Source: Myxococcales bacterium
GTDB taxonomy: Bacteria > Myxococcota_A > Polyangia > Palsa-1104 > JAEUJZ01
Length of the DNA stretch: 64,000 bases
Direction: 5' to 3'
NCBI GenBank assembly: GCA_016794465.1
Contig: JAEUKA010000067.1
Span: 38,141 to 102,140 of the forward strand
Shown here piece by piece: positions 38,841-46,218 of this stretch. The position numbers and the translations under genes were made by a program. The number at the start of each line of letters is the position of its first letter. The first letter of the stretch is position 1. The notes beneath the pieces are model-generated. The model saw only the letters and a program-made list of their open reading frames with translations, was not told where the DNA came from and searched no databases.

Positions 38841-39032
38841 TCAGCCATTTTTGACCGTTGAGTGTGTTGCCAGCGATTCTGCGATTTCATCAACGTCGGC
38901 ACGGGTTAGTGCGTCAAACTCAATCTTGGTATTTCCAAACACGAAGCTTCGCCGCTGGGCTTCTCGCTCGCTATCCGATACCAAGCTCTGTTTCGCTCGT
39001 TCAAGCGCTGCATCTAGGTCGAGCTGTGTCAT
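38841..39032 (-). CDS. Small acidic helical protein in antitoxin-like position upstream of the Fic-PNP gene
   Basis: ORF track 63 aa. Strong SD (AAGGAGGAGG) before ATG 39032. 88 nt upstream of the Fic-PNP start on the same strand. Contains SFVFGN, resembling but not matching the [ST]xxxE[GN] Fic-inhibitory motif. Confidence 0.55.
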   Translation of the reverse strand: MTQLDLDAALERAKQSLVSDSEREAQRRSFVFGNTKIEFDALTRADVDEIAESLATHSTVKNG

Positions 39033-39156
39033 GAGTGCCCCTCCTCCTTTGCGGTTTTCGGTCTAGTGCCGGCTGTTCGTCGACGATGATTCGGTACATC
39101 GGGGTCGGTGGTCCGTCAAGCCGTTTGTGTACGCGACGCCAGCCCGCAGCCCCCAA

Positions 39157-39472
39157 CCAGGATGAACCCTCCAAAAACAGTGGCACGCAGTGATCAGTGG
39201 AGGATGAAACCTCCCCAAACAGTGGCACCCAGTGATCGGTGGAGGATGAAACCTCCCCCAAACAGTGGCACCCAGTGATCCTTGGAGGATGAACCCTCCA
39301 AAAACAGTGGCATGCAGTGATCGGTGGAGGATGAAACCTCCCCCAAACAGTGGCACCCAGTGATCCTTGGAGGATGAACCCTCCAAAAACAGTGGCACCC
39401 AGTGATCCTTGGAGGATGAACCCTCCAAAAACAGTGGGGTGCAGTGATTTTTGGAGGATGAAAGCTCCCCAG
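39157..39472. repeat. Intergenic tandem array, 42-43-bp period, ~7.5 units (array B)
   Basis: Units start at ~39157, 39199, 39241, 39284, 39326, 39369, 39411 and 39453 (partial). Consensus ggaggatgaaMcctccMaaaacagtggcacccagtgatcSKt. Two alternating subtypes. Each unit has a GGAGG...CCTCC mini-hairpin. No unique spacers. Confidence 0.9.
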
Positions 39473-39476
39473 GTGG

Positions 39477-40241
39477 CTACGGAGTGGGCGGGGTGGGGGC
39501 GGGCTCGGGGCTGTCGGGGGTGCGGCGGCTGGCGAGGAGGGCGCGCAGGTTGTCGAGCGGGGCGAGCGCGGTCTGGGCGAGGCGAATCGTCGCCGCATCG
39601 GTGTCATCGACCGTGCCACATACCGCGCTGGCATAGGCCGAGATGGCTTTTTGGAGCGCCATCCGATGGGCGTTGAGGTTCTCGGGAAGGGTCGTCTCGC
39701 GGGTGAGCATGCCCTGGACCATCCGCTGGTAGCGCGGCAGCAGGCGCCGGATGTGGTCGAGGAACTCGGGGCCGCACAGGTCATCGACTTCGCGGGCGAG
39801 CTTGTCTTCGTCGATGCGCTGGACAAACGCCTGCATCGCCGCCAGCTGCGCCGAGTAGCTGTCGCGCAGGAAGCCGAGCCCGTCCCCGAACAGCCGCTGC
39901 TGGAGCTGACTGGCACGCTGCGACTTGGGCTCGGTGGCTGGTGGCAAGGACTGATAGCCCTCTAGGCGCAGCTTCAGGCCCCAGAAGCAGCCGTCGATCT
40001 CGGCATCGATGGTGCGGGTGGCTTCCTCGGACAGGGCGCTGTGGCGCTGGCGGGCGACCAGGGCTGTCTCGGCCTCATCGAGTCGCTTTTCGAGCCGCTC
40101 GCTGGGCTTCTTGACCAGCGGTGCCAGCGACCGAGGACAGGCCGCGACCAGGGCTCGGCCCAGGGTGACGCCTTCGGGCAAGGCAAACGGAGGCGAGCGG
40201 ACGTAGCTGGAGGGGTCAAATGCAGGATCAAAGGTGGACAT
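39477..40241 (-). CDS. Hypothetical helical protein
   Basis: In frame with ORF 39477..40277. ATG 40241 (MSTFDPAFDPSSY...). Native GC, no family recognised. Its stop abuts array B. Confidence 0.55.
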   Translation of the reverse strand: MSTFDPAFDPSSYVRSPPFALPEGVTLGRALVAACPRSLAPLVKKPSERLEKRLDEAETALVARQRHSALSEEATRTIDAEIDGCFWGLKLRLEGYQSLPPATEPKSQRASQLQQRLFGDGLGFLRDSYSAQLAAMQAFVQRIDEDKLAREVDDLCGPEFLDHIRRLLPRYQRMVQGMLTRETTLPENLNAHRMALQKAISAYASAVCGTVDDTDAATIRLAQTALAPLDNLRALLASRRTPDSPEPAPTPPTP

Positions 40242-40313
40242 GTGCGAAATCGTAAGAAGCCCAGCCGGCCTGCACAACCCCCCGCAGGCCTTTTTTGCTT
40301 TTGGCGGTGAAGC

Positions 40314-42251
40314 TTACGGCGCAGGCGCGGGTGGGGGGACTGGGGCGGCGCCGGGAGTTCCGGGGGCGCCGGGGGTTCCAGGGGCGAGGGGGACGAGGGC
40401 TTTGGTGCCGGGGGGCGGTCGGGGGGGGAGGCCTTGTTCGGCGCGGAGGCGGGTGGTTTCCTCGAAGCGCTCGCTCTCGTCATCGCGGTCGGGCGGGCCG
40501 ATCGGGCGGTCTTGGTGGAACGCCGGTCGCCGCCCCGAGTCGTGGACGTACAGCATCGGCCACTGCGTCACATCAGTCGGTCGCACCGAGGTCCAGCCGG
40601 GCGGCAGCGCGGGCTTTAGCAGCTCGAACACATAGCGCGCATCGAGCGGCGCCACGTTGATGCAGCCGTGCGACTTCACGTAGCCAAAGCGGTCATGCCA
40701 GTAGGCGCCGTGGATGGCGTTGTGGGCTTGGAAGAAGGTCGACCACGGGACCATGTTCACGAAGTACGGCTTATCGTCGTACGGCTGGCTCTTCATGGTG
40801 ATGGCGGCGACACGGGCCCACACCGGGTAGATGCCGAGCGGCGTGGCGTTGTTCTTGCCCGACGACACCAGCGTGGCGTAGACCGGCTTGTCGTTCTCGT
40901 AGGCGACCAGGACCTGCTCGCTGAGGTCGGCGTCGAACCACTGCGTGCTTGTGCCAATGCCGGCGGGCTTGTCGATCTTGCGGACCTCGTTGACCGACCA
41001 GGACGGCACCCACAGCGCGGGCTCGGGGACGGGCACAGCCGGGGCAGCCGGGGCAGCCGCCGCCGGACTCGCAACCGTCACGGGCGCCGAGGTCGCGGCA
41101 GTGCCTGGAGTCGTCGCCGCAGCAGCCGGAGTCGTCGCAGCAGTGCCTGGAGTCGTCGCCGCAGCAGCCGGAGCAGCAACCGGGGTCGGTGGCGGCGGCA
41201 GCGGGGCGGTGGCGAGCGGAAACTCCTTGCTCGGAGCCGCCGACAGCCGGACCCGCAGCCAGCGTTTGCCCTTGATGGTCATCTCTTCCAGGATGTCGAC
41301 CTGGGTGCGGCGCTTGATGGTGCCGGTCACGGCGGGCTGGTCGGGCGCGGCCTGGGCCTTGAGTAGCTCGGGCAGCACCCAGCCAAACGGCAGGTGGGTC
41401 TTGTCATCGATCAGCACGCCATGCCACTGCGAGGTGGCCGGCATCGTGTACGTCCCCTTGGCGGGTAGGATCTTGCCTTCGACGCTCTGCAGGTACGTCT
41501 CGCCCTCGTGCTTGAAGTTCTTTTCGATCGCCACCGAGTCGCCCTTGGCCAGCTTGCGCTCGGGCTCTTCGCCGTCTTTGAAGGCCGCGAGGCTTGCCCA
41601 CATCGGCATCTCTTGCGCCGACACCATGATGTAGCGGTAGGGCACGCGCTCGCCGGGAACGATCTTGTAGACGGGGTCGGTGGAGGCGGGGGCGTCGGTG
41701 ACCTTGCCGTGATCGGCACACATCCAGCCGAACGGCTGCACCGCGAGCCAGCGCTTGGAGTGACACCAGCGGCTGCTCTTGGTGTACGTCTCGCCGCGTA
41801 CGCCGATGCGGGTGCCGGGGATGACGGTGCCAATCATCGGGGCGCCGTAATACGGACGGGCCAGCACCTGGGGGTCGCCTTCCTCGGGCTGGGCGACCTC
41901 GAAGACGCGCATGCTACTGGGCAGCAGCTCGGGCTCGGGGAGCAGGGTGCGCGGCGTGTAGGGCCGGACCTCTCCTTTCTTCAGCTCGCGGAACTTGCCA
42001 TCGATCCAGAACTTGCGCGGCTTCTTGGCAGCGGGGTCGCCGGGCTGACCGGGCTGACCGGGGGCAGGTGTGGCCGAAGGTGCAGCGGGTGCCACGGGTG
42101 CGGCAGGTGCCACAGGGGTCACAGGTGTTACGGGGACAGCAGTCGGTGGAGGAGTCTGAGCCAGCGCCCCGCCCGTGGGGAGGAAGCCAGCGGCCAGCCA
42201 GTCAGCACCTAGAAGGACAACCAGAGGGAGAATAGAGCGGTGTAGTCGCAC
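40314..42251 (-). CDS. L,D-transpeptidase (YkuD domain) with long N-terminal region and Pro/Ala-rich segments
   Basis: ORF track 645 aa. Signal peptide. C-terminal YkuD catalytic region ...IHGAYWHDRFGYVKSHGCINVAPLDARYVF. Internal 14-aa (42-bp) duplication TTPGTAATTPAAAA/TTPGTAATSAPV at ~41098-41180. Confidence 0.85.
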   Translation of the reverse strand: MRLHRSILPLVVLLGADWLAAGFLPTGGALAQTPPPTAVPVTPVTPVAPAAPVAPAAPSATPAPGQPGQPGDPAAKKPRKFWIDGKFRELKKGEVRPYTPRTLLPEPELLPSSMRVFEVAQPEEGDPQVLARPYYGAPMIGTVIPGTRIGVRGETYTKSSRWCHSKRWLAVQPFGWMCADHGKVTDAPASTDPVYKIVPGERVPYRYIMVSAQEMPMWASLAAFKDGEEPERKLAKGDSVAIEKNFKHEGETYLQSVEGKILPAKGTYTMPATSQWHGVLIDDKTHLPFGWVLPELLKAQAAPDQPAVTGTIKRRTQVDILEEMTIKGKRWLRVRLSAAPSKEFPLATAPLPPPPTPVAAPAAAATTPGTAATTPAAAATTPGTAATSAPVTVASPAAAAPAAPAVPVPEPALWVPSWSVNEVRKIDKPAGIGTSTQWFDADLSEQVLVAYENDKPVYATLVSSGKNNATPLGIYPVWARVAAITMKSQPYDDKPYFVNMVPWSTFFQAHNAIHGAYWHDRFGYVKSHGCINVAPLDARYVFELLKPALPPGWTSVRPTDVTQWPMLYVHDSGRRPAFHQDRPIGPPDRDDESERFEETTRLRAEQGLPPRPPPGTKALVPLAPGTPGAPGTPGAAPVPPPAPAP

Positions 42252-42381
42252 GACCTCAGTACCTTAGCATGCAGTGGGTCGGGCGCGAGGCTGTGAGCAG
42301 GCACGACCGAAGTGCCTACTTGGCGGCCACTTGGAGCCAATTTGGGCGCCTTGACCGGACTTTGCGAGTCTTCGATGATGA

Positions 42382-45036
42382 GTGAGGATGTCTGGCCCCA
42401 ATCAGAAACTACCTCCCGGTGGTCCGGGTGAAGGGCAGACCCCTGGCAATCGCCCGGTGGTCAGGCAGGGTACGGGCGGACTCTCTGACGAGAAGCTGGC
42501 GGAAACGATGGATGTTTCGCCAGGAGCAGCGGTACCCACGCAGTCAGAGCCTTCCCTGTCTCGTCGGCACGATGCGCGCCTGGGCCAGATGTTCGGCAAG
42601 TATCGCGTCGAGTCGGTGCTCGGCAAAGGCGGGATGGGGCTGGTCTACGAGGGCGAAGACACGGTCCTCAGTCGGCGCGTCGCGATCAAGTTTTTGCCGG
42701 AGTCGCTGACCGCCAGTCCGAAGGCAGTCGAGCGCTTCATCACCGAGGCCCAGGTCGCCGGTCGCCTGAACCACCCCAACATCATCGCCATCTACGACAT
42801 CGGGCAGGAGGACGAGCACTACTACATCGTGATGGAGCTGCTCAATCCTTCCTCGGCGTCGAGTCATGTGAAAGAACGGGGGCCGCTGCACTACGCGGAG
42901 GCGTGCAAGATTGCGCTCGATTGCTGCTCGGCGCTGCATGCCGCACACCAGGCGGGTCTGGTCCATCGGGACATCAAGCCAGACAACATCCTCTGTTCAC
43001 CGATGGGCACGACCAAGCTGGTCGACTTTGGGCTGGTCAAAGATGTCCACTTCGACGAGGGCGCGCTGACGCAGACCGGGGTGGTGGCGGGGACGCCGCT
43101 GTACATGAGTCCCGAGCAGGCCAGCGATGGCGAGATTGATCGGCGCAGTGACATTTATTCGCTGGGGGCGACCTTCTATACGCTGCTGACGGGGAAGGCG
43201 CCTTTCACGGGGGATGCCGCGCCGCAGATCATGTTCAAGCATGTCACGGCGCCAACGCCGGACCCGCGTGAGCTGGTGCCGGAGATTCCCGAGCCGGTGG
43301 TGCAGATCCTGCGGCGAGCAATGGAGAAGTCGCCGGCTGATCGCTTCCAGTCCGCCGAGGAGATGCGGGAAGCGCTCGAGCAGATCGTCGTCGCTACGCC
43401 ACGCCGGCAGTATGCGTTCTTGGTCGAGCATGAGCCGTCGCTGCTGATGATGAAGCGACCGCTGCGGGTGACGCTGCCGCCGCCGCTGAACCCACGGATG
43501 TCGTCGCAGATGCCGATTGTGGCGATGCCGAGCAATCGGTCGCTTACGCCGCTGTCGGACAACTCCAATCCGCGCAACTCGGGGCAGACCTCGCGGATCT
43601 CGGGCAACAGTGTTCGTGTCTCGGGGAGCAATGCGCCGCTCGGGGAACTGCCGCAGGTGCAGTCGGGCCGGCTGTCGCAGCAGCAGAGCAGCTATCCGGC
43701 GTTTCTGGGTGGAATTGGGCTGGCGACGGCACTGCTAGCACTGGCGCTGGTGATCTGGCGGGTGGCCAAGCCTGTTGAGCCGGTGGTGCAGCCGGCGGCG
43801 CTGGTCGATGCAGGCGCGGCGGCGGTGTCCCCGGTGCTGCCGCCGATTCGCGTCGGAGTCCTCAACTCGCTGTCGGGGACGATGGCCATCTCGACCCGGC
43901 CGATCGTCGAGGCGACGCTGCTGGCGATCGATGAGATCAATGATGCCGGCGGTCTGCTCGGGCGGCGCATTGATGTGGTGCGCGTCGACGGTCGATCAGA
44001 CAACGCTACCTTTGCACTGGAGACGGAGCGGCTGATCAAGCAAGAGAAAGTCGTCACCATCTTTGGTGGCTGGACGCCCTCGAATCGGCGGGCGATGAAG
44101 CCGCTGGTCGAGAAGTATGATCACTTGCTGATCTTTCCGGCCCGTGACGAGGGGATGGAAGACTCGCAGAACATCATCTACCTGGGCTCGACGCCGTATC
44201 AGCAGGTGATTCCGGCGGCGCGGTGGGCACTCGACAAGCTCAATGCCAAGCGGCTGTTCTTTATTGGGCTCGACGGTCTGTGGGGTCACATCTCGCACGA
44301 GCTGGTGCGCGACACGATCAAAGGATCGTCGGCCAAGATCGTCGGCAAAGAGTTCGTGCTGCTGTCGGAAACCGACTTTGCGGCGAGCGTGAAGAAGATC
44401 CAGGCGTCGAAGGCCGATGTGGTCTTTAACTTTGTGCAAGGCGACTCGAACCTGCCGCTGTTTCGCGAGCTGCGGGGTGCTGGTGTGACCTCGGCCAAGG
44501 TGCCGATCATCTCGTTTGGCATCGGCGAAAATGAGATCCAGCAGCTCGAGGGCGTCGACCTGGCCGGCGACTATCTGGCGTGGAGCTACTTTGAGTCGGT
44601 GGATCGGCCGCAGAACAAGAAGTTTGTCGACTCGTTTAAGAAGAAGTTCGGCGATCACCGAGGCATCAGCGATCCAATGGAGGCGGCCTATGCCGGCGTC
44701 TATCTGTGGGCGCGAGCGGTGCGGGCGGTGGGTGGCGACGACGTGCGGGCGATTCGGCGGGCGCTGCAAGGGCAGAGCATCGAGGGGCCGGGGGCGACAC
44801 TGCGACTCGATCCGGGCAACAACCACGCTTGGAAGATGTTTCGGATGGGCAAGATCGTCGGGGACAGCCGCATTGAGGTCGTCTATAGCTCGGACAAGCT
44901 GCTGTCGCCGGAGCCGTTTCCGAGCACACGGACGCGCGCCGAGTGGGAAGCGCTGCTCCAGTTTCTCTACGGGCAGTGGAAGGGCAACTGGGTCAACACC
45001 GAGCGTCCGAACCTGCTGCTCAAGCGGCCCAAGTAG
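42382..45036 (+). CDS. Ser/Thr protein kinase fused through one TM segment to a UrtA/AmiC-like type-1 periplasmic ligand-binding domain
   Basis: ORF track 884 aa. Kinase motifs HRDIKPDNIL, DFGLVKD, YMSPEQ. TM segment GGIGLATALLALALVIW. The extracytoplasmic IRVGVLNSLSGTMAISTRPIVEATLLAIDEINDAGGLLGRRI...FGGWTPSNRRA resembles urea/amide-binding proteins. Confidence 0.9.
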   Translation: MRMSGPNQKLPPGGPGEGQTPGNRPVVRQGTGGLSDEKLAETMDVSPGAAVPTQSEPSLSRRHDARLGQMFGKYRVESVLGKGGMGLVYEGEDTVLSRRVAIKFLPESLTASPKAVERFITEAQVAGRLNHPNIIAIYDIGQEDEHYYIVMELLNPSSASSHVKERGPLHYAEACKIALDCCSALHAAHQAGLVHRDIKPDNILCSPMGTTKLVDFGLVKDVHFDEGALTQTGVVAGTPLYMSPEQASDGEIDRRSDIYSLGATFYTLLTGKAPFTGDAAPQIMFKHVTAPTPDPRELVPEIPEPVVQILRRAMEKSPADRFQSAEEMREALEQIVVATPRRQYAFLVEHEPSLLMMKRPLRVTLPPPLNPRMSSQMPIVAMPSNRSLTPLSDNSNPRNSGQTSRISGNSVRVSGSNAPLGELPQVQSGRLSQQQSSYPAFLGGIGLATALLALALVIWRVAKPVEPVVQPAALVDAGAAAVSPVLPPIRVGVLNSLSGTMAISTRPIVEATLLAIDEINDAGGLLGRRIDVVRVDGRSDNATFALETERLIKQEKVVTIFGGWTPSNRRAMKPLVEKYDHLLIFPARDEGMEDSQNIIYLGSTPYQQVIPAARWALDKLNAKRLFFIGLDGLWGHISHELVRDTIKGSSAKIVGKEFVLLSETDFAASVKKIQASKADVVFNFVQGDSNLPLFRELRGAGVTSAKVPIISFGIGENEIQQLEGVDLAGDYLAWSYFESVDRPQNKKFVDSFKKKFGDHRGISDPMEAAYAGVYLWARAVRAVGGDDVRAIRRALQGQSIEGPGATLRLDPGNNHAWKMFRMGKIVGDSRIEVVYSSDKLLSPEPFPSTRTRAEWEALLQFLYGQWKGNWVNTERPNLLLKRPK

Positions 45037-46098
45037 CTACACGTCGTCGTCGAGTGGATCGTCCTTGCCGCTGTCGAGGTCGTACTTGCGCATCAGCTTG
45101 CGAAAGTACTTGCGGTCGATGTCAGCGGTTCGTGCGGCGTGCGAGATGTTGCCCTTGTTCTTTTTCAGCAAAAACGCAAGGTATTTCTGCTCGAACTGGG
45201 CAATCCACTGATCTTTGGCGTCTTTGAAGGGCAGATCCAGGCGCGGCTCGTGAAGCAGTCCGCCTGACTGGACATCAGCGACGGGACGCGGCACCTCGAC
45301 AGGATGCTTGCCATGGGCTTCCGTGCGTGGCGTAAGCGGCGGCAGAAAGCCGTGACTGTCGCCGGTGCGGATGTTTTCAGGAAGGTCGTCGGCGCTGATC
45401 TCTTCGCTGGCGGCAAAGCTTACGGCGCGCTCGATGGCGTTGACCAGCTCGCGGATGTTGCCCGGCCAGCGATAGGCGCTCAGCAGCTCCATCGCCTCGG
45501 GGGAGATCCGCGTACACTTGCGGCTGCCGTCGGGAAGTCGGTTGTAGCTATGCTCGGCCAGGAACGACTCCACCAGCAGCGGAATGTCGTCGGCCCGCTC
45601 GCGCAGTGGCGGCAACACCAGCCGCACCACCGACAGCCGATAGTAGAGATCTTGGCGAAACCGTCCGGCGCGCACTTCCTCTTCCAGCTGCCGATTGGTC
45701 GCGGCAATGATGCGGACATCGACCTTGAGCGAGCGAGTGGCTCCGACGCGCCGAATCTCACGCTGCTCGAGCGCCCGCAGCAGCTTGGGCTGCAGCTCCA
45801 TCGGTAGCTCGCCCAGCTCGTCGATGAACAGCGTCGAGTTGTGCGCCATCTCGAACAGACCCTGACGGGTCATGATCGCGCCCGTGAAGCTGCCTTTTTC
45901 GTGACCGAACAGCTCCGATTCAATCAGGTTCTTGGGAACCGCCCCACAGTCGAACACCATCATCGACTGCGAGGCGCGCTGGGACAGCTTGTGAATCGTC
46001 TGCGCCACCACTTCCTTGCCGGTCCCTGTCTCTCCTTCAATGATGACGGTGGCACCGGTGGGAGCGATCTTTTCGATCACCGCATACAGCTCCCGCAT
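45037..46098 (-). CDS. Sigma-54-dependent activator, AAA+ and HTH domains only (apparent 3' fragment of a split FHA-EBP gene)
   Basis: ORF track 353 aa. GETGTGKE Walker A, GSFTGA (GAFTGA loop), C-terminal Fis-type HTH. No regulatory N-domain and no SD. The frame is open for 40 codons upstream, up to the kinase stop. Confidence 0.85.
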   Translation of the reverse strand: MRELYAVIEKIAPTGATVIIEGETGTGKEVVAQTIHKLSQRASQSMMVFDCGAVPKNLIESELFGHEKGSFTGAIMTRQGLFEMAHNSTLFIDELGELPMELQPKLLRALEQREIRRVGATRSLKVDVRIIAATNRQLEEEVRAGRFRQDLYYRLSVVRLVLPPLRERADDIPLLVESFLAEHSYNRLPDGSRKCTRISPEAMELLSAYRWPGNIRELVNAIERAVSFAASEEISADDLPENIRTGDSHGFLPPLTPRTEAHGKHPVEVPRPVADVQSGGLLHEPRLDLPFKDAKDQWIAQFEQKYLAFLLKKNKGNISHAARTADIDRKYFRKLMRKYDLDSGKDDPLDDDV

Positions 46099-46101
46099 CT
46101 T

Positions 46102-46115
46102 GACGTTCTTGCCGA
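46102..46115. repeat. 14-bp direct repeat GACGTTCTTGCCGA (left copy)
   Basis: Identical 14-mer at 50410-50423. Encodes (L)GKNV on the minus strand immediately upstream of the EBP-fragment ATG. Confidence 0.85.
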
Positions 46116-46218
46116 GGAAACAGAGTCGCTTGTTCTCGACGAGAAATTGCCAAAATATCGAGACTTGGGAAGTGGGTGGGAAGCCGCTTGGGAGGGGGAA
46201 TGTAGAGAGTAGGAGGGG

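Noticed and set aside
38841-39032. Calling the 63-aa ORF a VbhA/FicA-family antitoxin
   Set aside because: It has SFVFGN rather than [ST]xxxE[GN], so the inhibitory Glu is not in register, and overall similarity to VbhA is weak by eye. It is left as antitoxin-like by position only.
39157-39472. Possible CRISPR array, because of regular repeats of about 42 bp with mini-palindromes
   Set aside because: The units abut each other with no unique spacers, only two unit subtypes occur, and no cas genes are nearby. It is a plain tandem repeat.
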